Source of the DNA: Octopus sinensis
Lineage: Eukaryota
Reading direction: 5' to 3'
Assembly (NCBI RefSeq): GCF_006345805.1
Contig: NC_043011.1
Location: 10,354,001-10,418,000 of the forward strand
Length of the DNA: 64,000 nt
Part shown: piece by piece, positions 26,231-39,985 of the stretch
Numbering within the stretch: position 1 is the stretch's first letter
How the letters are laid out: every line of letters begins with the position of its first letter
The notes under the pieces: model-generated
Databases searched by the model: none
What the model was told of the DNA's origin: nothing
Seen by the model: only the letters and a program-made list of their open reading frames with translations
Made by a program: the position numbers and the translations under genes

Positions 26231-27209
26231 CACACACACACACACGCACACACACATACACGCGCGCGCGCGCACTCTTTTACCATGCTTCAGTCATTGA
26301 ATGTCGGTTATGCTGGGGCATTGCGTTACAGGTTTAGTCAATCAAACCAACTCCAGTGCTTGACTGTGATATTTAATCTATCGTTTTCTTTTGGTATTAA
26401 TTGCTAATTTATGAAGCTGCTAACATACCAACACGTCTCACACTCACTCTTTCTCTTTCTTTCTCCCCCTCTCTCTTTCTAATCACTTATTTTCATTATT
26501 TTCATTATTTCATTCTCACGAAGAGGCTGTCCCCAAAACGTTAAACTTCCCGTTCTTCACGGCAGAAAACATTTCCCTGCAGTTTCAATTATTTCTCTCC
26601 TTTTGTTATCGCTGACACAGAACATGATCGACGATTACATTGTTTGTTCATTGAGCCAGAGAAGCCAATGAGAAATCAGAGTTCATTCCGTATGTTCAAT
26701 AAACGTGATGAAATATTATTGATTATACGAAGATAGAATCAATGCCAGAGACTGTGGGATAAATCAACCTCAGTATCTATCTGGTATTTCCATCGAAATA
26801 ATGAAATGCCAAGTTGCGCAAACCAGTTTGGTCTGGCATTCTACCAATTCCATCATTTACTAATATTATTACGGAGACAATATTTGTAGAAGTAGTTGTT
26901 CGTAATATATTCTAAACTAGCAAATAAAACCAGCGTTTGAGAAACTGGAGGAGAGAAGGGTTGTTACATCGACAAAATTCCATTAATAAAATTTGTGACT
27001 ATAAATAAGTTTTATATCGTGGAAGAATTGGGCATTGAAACGGTTGGAACCGGATGTTGTTTTGGAGAGAAAATATTACTCTCCACCTCAAAGACGGGAT
27101 CCCTGAGAGAAGTTAGAATTTCCAATTTTTGTATGACTTCCACATTATTTCTATTAGCAGTGCCCCTCGTGCAGTTATTGAGAGTACACACACACACACA
27201 CTACATATA

Positions 27210-27375
27210 CAATAGGTTTCTTTCAGTTTCTATCGACCAAAACCGCTCGCAACACTATCGTCGGCCCGAGGCAATAACGGACGACACTTGCTCAAGGTAT
27301 TACGCAGTGGGGCTGAACCAGGAACGATGCGGTTGAGAAGCCAACTTCTAACCACACTAGGACGTTGCATCTATT
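27210..27375 (-). mobile_element. tRNA-derived SINE family B (head and body)
   Basis: Reverse complement reads ...GTGTGGTTAGAAGTTGGCTTC...GGTTCAGCCCC...GAAACTGAAAGAAAC. Confidence 0.7.
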
Positions 27376-27428
27376 TAGATGTGTGTGTATAGGCATGTAT
27401 ATCTATCTATCTATCTATCTATCTATCT

Positions 27429-27460
<32 letters not shown>

Positions 27461-27473
27461 CTATCTATCTATC

Positions 27474-27511
<38 letters not shown>

Positions 27512-27584
27512 TATATATATTATATATATATATATACATACTTACATACATACATATATATTATATATATATGTGTGTATATAC

Positions 27585-27790
27585 TCTTTTACTTGTTTCA
27601 GTGACCATGCTAGAGCACCACCTTTAGTCGAATTAATCGACTCCAGAACTTATTCTTTGCAATCCTAGTACTTATTCTATCGCTCTCTTTTTGCCCGAAC
27701 CGCTAAGTGACGGGGACGTAAACACACCAGCATCGGTTGTCAAGCGATGATGAGGAGACAAACACTGACACAAGCAACAAACACATACAC
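27585..27790 (-). mobile_element. SINE 3' half with CR1-type tail
   Basis: Homologous to 9775-9970. Confidence 0.7.
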
Positions 27791-27927
27791 ACACACTCAC
27801 ACACGCATACATATATATATATCAAAATCAGCAACAAGGATATCCAGAGGTAATGCAGTACGATCGTTTCATGCGACTCCATTTAATTGAGCAACTTCTC
27901 ATTGTTTATTATTGCTCCATTTCTTTT

Positions 27928-27964
<37 letters not shown>

Positions 27965-30072
27965 TATATGTGTATGTGTGTATGTATATGGATATAACTA
28001 CATATGTATATAAACATGTAACGACGACGGTAACATTGAAGAACACTTTGAAATTTCAAAAAAGGAGAAATGAACTACCATTAATTAATTCCTTAGTAAT
28101 TTTCGTCGATCATTTCTCATTTTGCACCTCTTTATTGGATTTCATCTGTCATTTAGAAAGATTTGAACCTTATACCTCGCCCGGCTCTAAATATATCTAC
28201 ACCCTATACGATTAGTTACATTACTGATCTCATACGACAATAAATATGTTGGACAATCGTTTTGTTAATGCGTGACTTGATTTTTTTTACATTTAGCTTC
28301 ATAAATTGAAGCTTAACATTCCAGTGGTCACATAGATATTGAGATAAAATATTTTCAGTTTTTCTGAAGAGAGAGAAAGGGAGAGAAAGAGGTAAGGGAA
28401 AAAGTAGGAGAGAGAGAGAGAGAGGGTATGGAGGGTTTGTAAGAGTGGAGTAATTGCATGCAAGGACTAAGTTACAATATTGGACTAATAACTAGTTTAT
28501 TACTGCAGCGGTAGACAAGTTGGTGTGATTTATCTTGTTGACATTTATGAACATTGCAGGAATTGGTTAACAGAAATGGACAAGAAACGAGAGATGAAAA
28601 TGGTAATTTTGCTTTCTTTAAGGAATATAGATGAGATGTTAGGTGAGAGAAATAAAGAGATGAAAGTTGTAGTAATTTGTTCTGTAAACTTTACAGATGA
28701 GAGGAGATGAGCTGAAACAACAGATTCTAAATTGAAACTGTGGACATGGACGAAACGGAGAAAGAAGCTCAATGTAGCTGCTTTAATTGCTTGAAATAGC
28801 AGCGATGTATTTGCCCTCATACATTATGTCGGTTTGAAAACAATAAGACATATTGGGTGATGTAGTCTGTGGTATTGTTTGATAAAATCAGATGAAGTGG
28901 TCATGGCTGAGATGTCTTTTCATCAAAAATGGTTGATAAGGAATGTCTTAGGGCTAAACACGAACCTTAGCAGCGATGGACATAGGACAGAGACGATAGC
29001 AAAGTTATATAATCCAATACAAACAAATTTCCATGCGTATACGCGCGCGCGCACGCACACACACACACACACATACACACACACGCTCATCTACACGCAT
29101 ACACAAACACACGTATGTGTGTGTATTTGGTGGCTGTAGTTACAGAATATGACCACTACCTTTCAGAGTAAAATTAGAAAGAGTGCCTTCCAACTATGGC
29201 CTCCTCTGACAATAAAGACATACATCTATATGGTTTAAGCAAGCCCTTCATCTCCGAGACCTTGACATTTTAATGAAGGACGCCACGAGAAAGCAAAGCA
29301 AATGGCAGAATCTTGGGTTCACAGATGAGGGAAAGGCCCGCTGTTTATCCGTGGGTCCAAAATGGCCGAGAACAAGTTCGGCAATTTCCAATAGTATCGT
29401 TCATTTCGGAGGCACTGGGCGATACTGGCGGCACCAGGGAATTTGGGGTTTAAATAGTTTATGTAAGGACACGAGAAAGAACAAGAAATAAATAGGAGAG
29501 AGAGAGAGAAGGAGAGGGGAGGGGAGAAGACGAAAGTTCATTGAGTGTGACCCAGATGGGTCAATAGAGCAAACACAAGACAAGCAGATATCATCATCAT
29601 CATTAACAACAACAAGTTGATGTTGAAGCTGTGCCATATCAATTTAGTAGTTTCTCTCCAACATTATACGTACACAGACATTATATACTTATATATACAT
29701 ATATATATATATACACACACACACGTGTGTGTATGTATTATATGCACATGTACAGTCGTTACATACATACTTTATACGCACACATACTCACATGCATTAC
29801 ACACACACACTTGCTATACAGAGTAAACAACATCAACAACAATAATATCAATAACAACAACAACAACAGTCTGGTGTTATTTCCAGTTTCCAATAACACA
29901 AGAAACCATTAGATAGGATTAAAAAACAAAAAAAACACATAAAATATTATATGATGCGGTGTGTGTGTGTGTGTGCGCGTGTGTGTGTGTGTGTGTGTGT
30001 GTGCGTGTGTGTGTGTGCTTCTCCCCCCTCCCGCTCTCACTCGATATACATACATGCATTCATACATATACA

Positions 30073-30161
<89 letters not shown>

Positions 30162-30448
30162 ATATACACCTATATATGCATATATGTATAAGTATGAATG
30201 CATGTATGTGCACACAGACATACAGACACACACATAAAACAATAAATATGTAAACCATGCACAATATGTTTAATATATCGAAGCAAATATTTAGTGTTGC
30301 CGTGAAAAAATATTTTTATTAAATATGTTGTAGGATTTCAGTTTTTGTTTACTGATAGCCATGTTGCCTTCTTACTACTTCTTTTCTCTTTCCTTCTCCC
30401 ATGTATATATACGCACACACGCACGCACACACACACACATATATACAT

Positions 30449-30484
<36 letters not shown>

Positions 30485-30512
30485 TTGTACATATACATAT
30501 ACACACATATAC

Positions 30513-30563
<51 letters not shown>

Positions 30564-30600
30564 CATACATATATATATGTATATGTATGTATGTATGTAT

Positions 30601-30671
<71 letters not shown>

Positions 30672-30673
<2 letters not shown>

Positions 30674-31000
30674 GGAGGCGCGTTGATCAGTGGTTAGGGT
30701 TTCGTCTCATGATCATATGATCTTGAGTTTGATTCCCGGCGACGCGTTGTGTCCTTGAGCAAGACACATTATTTCTCGTTATTCCAGACCACTCAGCTGG
30801 CTATACTGAGTAGAACCTATATTTCAAAGGGTCAGCTTTGCCTCACTCTGTGTCACGCGGAATCTCCCCAAGAACTACGTTAAGGGTGTGCGTGTCTGTG
30901 GAGTGCTCAGTCACTTGCACGTTAATTTCACAAGCAGGTTGTTCCGTTGATCGGATTAACTGGAACCCTTGTCCGTAACCGACGGAGTACCAGTTCATAC
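30672..31000 (+). mobile_element. tRNA-derived SINE family C
   Basis: A-box-like CAGTGGTTAGG and B-box-like GAGTTTTGATTCCC, followed by TGTGTCCTTGAGCAAGACAC. Confidence 0.7.
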
Positions 31001-31959
31001 GTTTCTATATCTAGTAATAAATAGATGAAAGAGTACCCAATACTGGAGGTAGCGTTTAAATCGTTATGTTAAATACTGTGAGACCATTAATGTCGGTGGC
31101 CAAGATTTTTTGCAGCCAGAGAAAATCGGCTGCACTCATTCTGCCGACAAGACCCAAAGCATCAAACCTAGAGAATATAGTTTTATGTACGCAGCAGGAC
31201 AGATCGGAAGATCTTTGGTCGTAGGAGTGCCTACTTTGGACTAAACTACAGCAACTACAATAACTAACATTTGCAGAAACTTATCCCTTAAAACATATTA
31301 CATTTTGCAACCTTGTACAACTCTAAACTGAACCTTATTACACCACGTTACCCTATAAACCATACAACAGCGCACGACACAACACCTATCCATTTCTCAT
31401 CACACTTCGCCGAACCACAATCACTTTGAATTACTTTACACCATAGTAGTTTGCCAAAACAATAAGGTTTAAAGAGTAAATATTTAAAAAGAGGAAGGAG
31501 CAGAAGCAAAATTCCTTTAACTTAAATAACTTCCCTCAAGTCCTTAGTTGAGTGACTGATCGCTGATGAAACAGTAAAGACCACTGAAACTAGTCAGGAC
31601 ATTTTCTGGTTTATCGGCAACAAACAGGATACGCATCGTTTAACAATAGAATTTACTTTTACACTGCAGCATTAAAAACAAATGATTGTTTCAATTACTT
31701 CTTCTTCCTCCTTACTGCAAACACGCGCGATTACGAACACACACACACACAAACGTTAAGCTGTTGAATGAATGAGACAAGAGTGCTCAATACATGTAGA
31801 GCACAGGGTTTACTAACAGCATTTTTATCTCGCGATTTCAGCGTTCATTCCCGAAGACCACAGAAGATTAAAACTTGGGCCGCGAGATGAAAATAATTCA
31901 GTTATAATAAACTCTGTTTCTCTGTCTTTGTCTGTCACCTTGTCTCTCCCACCTCTCTT

Positions 31960-32038
<79 letters not shown>

Positions 32039-32178
32039 ATATATATATATATATACCATATAAATGCGAGTGTATGTGATTATGTCTGTGTGTTTAGCCC
32101 AGAAAGGCTCTGAAAAAGTGCATCCTCGAGAAAAACGAATTTGATTTTCGAAATCTGCGTCCCAAACATTAATATATA

Positions 32179-32695
32179 TCTATATATATAAAACTGTAGT
32201 TGTGTGAGTGTCTGTCTCCTACGATTTAGATTCCTAACTCCTCCCACATTTTGCGGTGCAGTTTAACCAAATTCGGGTATCTTATAGTCGTGATTAATAT
32301 CGAGCCCGTCTGGCTATTAGCGCGCGTCTACGATGAGTCTACGATTTTTAAAATAATTTAACATCATTTTTTATTCCATTTTAATGCATAATTTTTCGTG
32401 TGTCGATGGCGGCGGAGTTGGCGTCCACGCTCAAACACCTGCACCTGTGTTTGCTTCTCCCCCTTCTTCCCTCCCTCGTGAAGCTGTGGGGAAGGGAGTT
32501 TAAGGAAATCAACGTCGTAATGCGTTGTCAAGGAGACCAGCGTTCTTTTAGAACAACGACTTCATGGCTTGAAGACACCAAAACAGAAATGGCTAAGAAA
32601 GCCCGAATTGGCATCTATAAGGGAAGTAACTCTCTAAAAATGCTTATGTAGTTATTTCCCTTACAAACCCGAGCAACGCCGGGCGATACTGCTAG
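32179..32695 (+). mobile_element. non-autonomous Helitron, 517 bp
   Basis: A|TC start (TCTATATATATAAAAC), subterminal hairpin CCCG(A)GC-AAC-GCCGGG at 32668-32683, CTAG|T end, no TSD. Confidence 0.85.
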
Positions 32696-33576
32696 TATAT
32701 ATATAATTTTCTGCGAAAACTCATTTAACTTTTAGATCGACGACTCTCCCACTATCTTTGACCACCAAAATGTATTTCTCTCTATAAGTTTACCATATTT
32801 TTTGACACTCATTCTCTTTGTATACGCATTACCGTTCGTGCTTTGCTTTCATTTTGTTTAGAACCTCATCCAATGTTTGCTTAAATTTTATGGCAACTAT
32901 TACAAACAAATCCTATTTTCTGATTGGATAAAAGTGATCAAACTTTAAGCCTCTGTGATATTTTTCAAAAGAATTTCTGGAATAAATGAATCACAAACTC
33001 GGATTCAGTGTGAAAAATTATATGAATAAGAGAATTTTCCCCTTAAAGTTTAAAATCTGTGACAGCAGCTCTCTCTCTCTCTTTAATTTTTCCATATGTT
33101 CATGGTAAACTTACTTCTCTCTATACATTTTTACTACACACTCTCTCTCACTCTCTCTCACTCTCTATAAAAGTATATCGCTCACGTGGAGTGTGTGTGT
33201 GTTTGTTAGTGTGTATGTGCATGCATGTGTATAAGAAATTTCATTGGGGCAACATAGTGATATAAAAAGGTATGGAAATGATAATATATTTTAATAGCAT
33301 ACTTTTTGTTAGTAAATATGTTTTTCTTACACACACACACAGACACACACACACACGAACTCACTTGGTGCGGGATTAAAAATTTAGATTAGAAATGTTT
33401 CTGCCGTTGTTGTTGCTTACATACAAGCAATGGAGTACTGAATCATCATTCCAGAAAATGTGTTAATGGGAAGGAAAATATTGAAAAACATCAAGTGACA
33501 AAGAAACAAATAATGTAGCAGGTGGTCGTGGGATGTGCTATAAATAACAGCTAAATGTCTTTTAAATCTCACACCC

Positions 33577-34100
33577 TTTCATCATACTGGTGGCCATGGT
33601 GAAGAATGTATGCGGTGGACTCGAGCGAAAGGTTTAGAGACAAACACTTTCCTCTCTGGTTAATCGCTCAACTTTTTCAAGTACCACTTGAAAAGGAAGG
33701 TGAAAATAGAGAGGCAAGTTTTGTTCATGAAAGATTCAATAAAAGGTGGGTGAATGTAGCAAAGATGGTACGTGTGAACGACGAAACCACTTTGAGCATG
33801 ATCCTATAAGTCAAAAAAAGAGAAAGAGAGCACTTTGCTCTCATGTGTTTTTTCCCTCTCTGCCTGAGGTTACCGTGGTCTTTTCTGTAGGCTTTTCTTT
33901 CCACGAATAAACCTGATCTGTTTTTTACATTTAGGATATTTTCTGTGATACACGATCCCTTTTGATCGCTTTTTTTTTCTTTAACACGATCCCTTTTGAT
34001 CGGAAATTTATTTTCTCCTTTTTTGTCTATTTTCGAAAAGAAAAGCTCTACATTGTATTTTGTTCCCTCTGTGTTCGGCCCTGTGTGGCTAATAAACAAA
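33577..34100 (+). mobile_element. short 5'-truncated Tx1 copy 3 (ORF2 end plus 3'UTR)
   Basis: Aligns to 19895-20493; ends GCCCTGTGTGGCTAATAAACAAA. Confidence 0.85.
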
Positions 34101-34214
34101 CTTATATAGAGACAGGTATATGAACAACAAGTCGGGCGATCTACTTGCGCAAATCAGTCGATGTGTTGACTGAATTATATATATAAAGCTGCAGCTTTAT
34201 CAAGTTCGCTCAAA

Positions 34215-34274
34215 GTTACATCTCATCGACAAGAGCCAAAAAAGCTCGAAACATCGATGTCTGAGATTCCTAAC
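34215..34274 (+). ncRNA. candidate type I hammerhead ribozyme with a variant core
   Basis: Stem I ATCTCA/TGAGAT plus GTTA/TAAC, core TCGACAA, stem II GAGC/GCTC, GAAA, palindromic stem III ACATCGATGT, GUC triplet. Confidence 0.55.
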
Positions 34275-34469
34275 AGATGGCGACACTGAACGAGCTGGGT
34301 GTTTTCACACCTTTTTTTTTACCATAAGAGAGATTTTTTTCTCCACGGCAACTGCAGTGTATTTGCCTTTGGCAGTTGAAATATGTGACAAACATATTTC
34401 AACTAACCCAAATTCTGCGCATACCAAAACATTGCTTTGCGCCAATACTTCGTTATATATATATATTCT

Positions 34470-35700
34470 TTTCTTCTTTTTTTTAATCAGTTTCAACTCA
34501 AAGCTGTGGCCCATACTAGGGCACCGCCGTTTTACAACACTGTTATTAGTGAGAATCTCCTCTGATATGTGGCATTTGGTAAGGGAGTTTCATCTGGGAC
34601 TCTCAACAGGAAGCGATCCAGTTTTGTTTTGAAAGCACCTACATCCACATTGTGTAGGTCTCTCAGACTCTTTGGGAGAATATTAAAGAGCTGTGGAATC
34701 TTGAAACCCAGGCCGTTGCAGTAACTGATCCTGAAGCGCGACAGCATTGTTGGGATCTTTGTCACTGTGCAGTGGCGACCCGTTCTGACATTTGTATAGC
34801 TTTCAATGCCAAAGTTTGGCACAGTTCCTTCCAGGATCTTCCAAATGTATATTACTGCATATTTCTCCCGCCTTCGCTCCAGGGAATAGAATCTTAGCTG
34901 TTTCAGCCTTTCCCAAGCTGTTGCAATGAAACGATCTTTTTTGTGAAGCTTTGCTTGATTACTTCAAGGTCTGCTATTAATTTTACACTGTGGGGTGACC
35001 CCAGTTAGGAGCAGTAGTCAAAGCCGTTGAGGACGAATGTCCACCAGAGGACCATCATGGTTTCCTTATCTCTGGTTCTGAATGTTCTTAGGATCCAGTC
35101 GGCCGGCCGTCTGCACTTTGTCGCCATTTTGGTAATGTGCACTTGGAAAACGGTATCATCAGTCATGTCGATGCCCAGGTCATACACTGGTTTAAGTCCT
35201 GGGATTGTATTCGCCCTCACCTCTGGTCCTATGTACCCTGTAAGTTGTCGTGCAGGTTTGAGTGTTGGTAGCGCAGGACTTGGAATTTTCCAGCATTAAA
35301 CTACATATTCTTGTTCTCAGCCCATCTGTAAATTGCGTCCAATTCCTGTTGTTGGCGTGCAACATCGTTAGGGTTTTGTATTTTCTGTGAGACTTTGGTA
35401 TCGTCTGCGTAGCTAGTAAAGGTGGCTATCCGGGCAGCTGAGGACATATCTGAGAGGGCCACTATGAAAAGCAATGGTTCCAAGACGGTTCCCTGTGGAA
35501 CAACACTCACTATTTGTGTTTTCTTTGAAGTGACTCCATTGGCCACCACTATCTGACTTCTATCTGTCAGAAAGTCATGTAACCACTTTCCAAGATTTCC
35601 AGCTATGCAAAAATCGCGCAATTTACGGTATATCATACCATCATCAACTTTTATCAAAAGCTTTTGCAAAGTCAAGGTATATTACGTCCACATTTGAGTC
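34470..35700 (-). mobile_element. 5'-truncated CR1-group LINE (RT C-terminal half plus 3' tail)
   Basis: YLDFAKAFD, VPQGTVLEPLLF, SYADDTK, FKTKLDRFL; multiple stops and frameshifts. Confidence 0.88.
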
Positions 35701-36164
35701 TATAAATATGACGCGTATCTTTGCGAATTTAATACATCACTACGCACGTTTCCACAAATCACATGATTTTGACATCAGAATCGGTATCCTTGGGATTAGC
35801 ACAGTATAGTCCGTATTATCCGTGGGCATCTGGTCGATCATCATCATTGATTCATTTCATAAGGCGATACTGCATTATTGGATGAATCACAGAGGGATGT
35901 TTATCCCTTCTCGCCTGTATGAAGGCTAATCCAGCTATGTGGGTATTTCTATGTGTACTTGTTAGGGGGAAGTGGGTGATGGGAGTAGAAGAAGGAAGGG
36001 TAGTAATATGGGGGATGAAGGTGTGTGTGTGGTGGTGGATTTATTTGCTATTCATTCTGCAGATCTTAAGGATGGTCATTTATTCAGCAGAATTAAGGAT
36101 AGTTGTACAGTTCTTAGTTCTATATCATTCAAGAGCTGACCCTCTTCAATAAATTCTGAATCTA

Positions 36165-36455
36165 ACATGTAGTTCCTTCTCGAGCCATGCTTGGCTCATA
36201 AGGGCCGGTTTCCCCGGTTTCCTTGGCGTATAGGTTCCCCACATGTCCATCGCAGGTGAGCTGCAAGATGCAGGAGGAAAGAGTGAGAGTTGTGGCGAAA
36301 GAGTCAGCAGAAGTTCGCCATTACCTTCTGCTGGAGCCGTGTAGAGCTTAGGTGTTTCGCTCATAAACACATACATCACCCAGTCTGAGATTCGAATCCG
36401 CGATCCCTCGACCGCGAATCCGCTGCTCTAACCACTAGATCATGTGCCTCTACAA
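36165..36455 (-). mobile_element. tRNA-derived SINE family D, near full length
   Basis: Head CTAGTGGTTAGAGC...GGATTCGAATCT; tail GGAAACCGGCCCTTATGAGCC...GGCTCGAGAAGGAAC. Confidence 0.75.
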
Positions 36456-36910
36456 CAGGTAGTTAGCTACTATACAGTGAGGTTTGTTGACCAAATTGAT
36501 AAATACCACCGCTCCGATGGTGACCTCTTCACCGTTTCTGTTGCTACAGTGTGTATCATCTTAAACATTGGTATTTTCATTTATTTGTTTGGGTTCCTTC
36601 ACTGTTCTATAATTTGTAACTTCTTTTCAAACTATTTTTTCCAAATTCCATGAATGATATTTGGTTCCTATGCTTATATCAGGATACGACCATCTCAGAA
36701 TGTCTGTTTATCACGTTTTCCCTGGATGTTATTATTTCGAGGGTCATTTGAATTTATAAACTCAAAAGATGGGACTCACACTCAACAAACTGAGAGTACC
36801 TGGGAAACAAACGCCGATGTGGGACACACCGTTCCATGGTCGGCAAGTATCTTTGCAAATGTATGTGGAGAAGGAGATATGAGAAAGATAATATATTCTA
36901 GAGTGTGTTG

Positions 36911-39108
36911 CGAACATCGACTACATCCTATGTCAGCAACGGTGGAAGAGTTCAGTCCAAGCTGTGAAGACGTTCCCTAGGGCAGACTGTGGATCTGACC
37001 ATGAACTTCTGGTTGCCAAGATCAAGATGCGACTCTGCAGCGTCAAGCGACCACACGCTTACCAGAATTTTGATACCAGGAAGATCGGTCCATCATATGC
37101 CGCTGAGATCAGAAACCGCTTCGAACTGCTCGCCATCGAAGAGAATCAAGAAGCAGAAGAAATATGGGAGAGGGTGAAGGAAATTGTCGTTGAAACAGCA
37201 GAGAAACATGAACTGTACAAGAAACCCACACGATCAGCAAAGTGGATTTCGGAGGAGACTATTGCAAAAGTAGAAGAAAGAAGGAGATGGCCAGAAGCAG
37301 GGATGAAGTGCGACGCCTGAATGCAATGTTCCAACAGGCCGCCAGGAAGGACAAAGAGAAATACTGGAATGAGGAATGTGCAAGGGCAGAGGGGACATAC
37401 AGGAAAGGGAACATGAGAGAACCGGTACCAACGTGTAAAGAAGACCCGTACAGCATTCATGGCCAGACAAGCAACCATCCGAGGGAGAAATGGTGAAGAA
37501 CTGCATGACCAAGAAGGGATCAGGAAAAGATGGAAAGAGTACACTGAACAGTTGTATGCAGGGAACAGCCTTAATGGGCAGGCAGAAGAGAAACCACTGG
37601 AACTGGAACTGGATCCAGACATCCTGGAGGATGAGGTGGTATGGGCAATGAAACAGCTGGCCAACCGAAAAGCCCCAGGTACTGATGGCATTCCACTAGA
37701 ATTACTCAAGCCAATACCAACAAAAACACTAACATCGCTTTGCCAACGAATATGGAGAACCGGTAAGTGGCCAAGGTAATGGAAGAGGTCAGTTTTCATC
37801 CCAATACCAAAGAAAAGAGACACCAAGGACTGCGCAAACTACCGTACCATCACCCTGATCCCCATGTAAGCGAAATCATCCTTAAAGTCATCCAGAAGCG
37901 CCAGAACAGAACTATTGAGAGAGAATTGCCAGAGGTGCAAGCTGGTTTCAGGAAGGGAAGAGGCAGCCACGGTCACATCGCCAACCTACGGTGGATTATG
38001 GAAAAGGCAAGAGAATACCAAAAGAAGCTGTACATGTGTTTCATCGATTACTCCAAAGCCTTTGACAGCATTGACCATGACAAGTTATGGAAATGTCTGG
38101 AGGAAATGGGAACACCTTTACACCTTGTCCAGCTTATTAGATCACTCTATCAAAACCAAGAGGCTACAGTACGGACACCATATGGCGACACTGATTGGGT
38201 TGAGATTGGAAAAGGCACTCGGCAAGGTTGCATCCTGTCACCAGCAGCCTTCAACATGTACGTTGAAAAGGTGATGAGGAATGCAGGCCTGGAGGATAGC
38301 AGCATTGGAGTTAGGATTGGAGGAAGAAATATCAATAATCTTCGCTATGCAGATGATACAACCCTGCTGGCGGAGAGTGGTAAGGATCTGGAGGATCTTG
38401 TCCTGCTGGTCAAGAAAGAGAGTGAAAAATTTGAGCTGTACCTCAATGTTAAGAAAACGAAGATCATGTCAACAGCAGCCACAACAAACATCAGCATCAA
38501 GATCGATAATGAAGAGATCGAAGTGGTTGATGATTTCATCTTCCTTGGCTCCAAAATAAATCAAGATGGTGACTGCACTCCAGAAATAAGACGGCGGATA
38601 GTACTAGGCAGAGAGGCAATGGTCAGCATGAGCAAGATCTGGAAGAGTAGAGACATCCGCCTCGCTACCAAATGCAATCGTCTTCCCAATAGCAACATAT
38701 GGATGCGAGACCTGGACACTAAAGAAAGCTGACCAGAAGAGAATTAATGCATTCGAGCTTTGGTGTTGGAGAAGACTTTTATGGATTTCATGGACAGCGA
38801 GGCTCACCAATGGAGAAGGTCTTAAGCAGATCAGACCGAAACTGTTGCGGGAAGCTAGGATCACCAAGCATAGATTGGCATATTTCGGTCATATTATGCG
38901 GAGAAAATCCCCGGAGAAGGACATCATGCTCGGAATGGTCAGTGGCAAGAGAGGAAGAGGCCGACCAAGAACCTGCTGGCTTGACACCATCAAGAGTGAT
39001 ACTGGAATGGACGTAGCCAATCTGAAAGAAGCGGCCCAGGATAGAACTGACTGGAGGACACTGATCCAACGAGTGACCGAGAGTCGACTTCGACTGAACG
39101 GATAGATA
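36911..39108 (+). mobile_element. 5'-truncated RTE-clade LINE (BovB-like group), frameshifted
   Basis: NIDYILCQQRWKSS...RADCGSDHELL (end of APE), KAPGTDGIP, FIDYSKAFDSIDH, GTRQGCILSP, LRYADDTTL, YFGHIMRR...GKRGRGRP; GATAGATA tail directly at the stop codon. Confidence 0.92.
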
Positions 39109-39362
39109 CATGGTATTGCGAATTTTCGTTCTTGAATTTTTAAACTTATAAATGTCTGTTTTAAGCAATGTTTTGACTGTTGTTTCTAGCAACTGCTGTT
39201 AGTTTGTTCGCAGGTTTTAAATATTTAATTTTCTCGCGTATGTTTTAATGTTTTTCACTGTTATTTCCAATGTTTTGACATGCCGGCGACCTCCCCACCA
39301 CTTCTTACTGCTACTGTGACAGTTTTCTGATTGGCACCTATTGTATATATAATATATATATA

Positions 39363-39463
<101 letters not shown>

Positions 39464-39920
39464 ATATTAAAGGGATTAAGATAAAAATAGACACCTTCCC
39501 CAACATGCTGCAAATAGATGCCTTTGACATCTATTTTTAGCACATTATATATATAATTATTAATTTAGAATATAAATAACCTACAAGATTTTATTTCATG
39601 CTGACCACTTGATATAATCATTTACGTGATCTTACCTTCAATTCTATTAATAAATATATATTATATATATATTAATATAAGATATATTAATGGTTTATTC
39701 TACTGAAGATTGCAAAGCAATTTTTTTGCAGAGCGTGAAATCACGAGGTTTTGGATTATCCAATATTTTTGGTATTTTCTTGCTCATTCTCTCGCGCTCC
39801 TACCTGCGGTTGAATATAGAGAACAAATTGCAGAGTGGATTGTAGGTATTTGACACCTATTTCTAACATTGGCGCTGGTCATTTCCAGTAGCCCTTAACT
39901 AGTATTATATCTTTATAATT

Positions 39921-39985
<65 letters not shown>

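Noticed and set aside
36385-36455. tRNA-like sequences (also at 21424, 30672 and 49181)
   Set aside because: They have A/B boxes but continue into SINE bodies, and no complete cloverleaf or acceptor stem was found.
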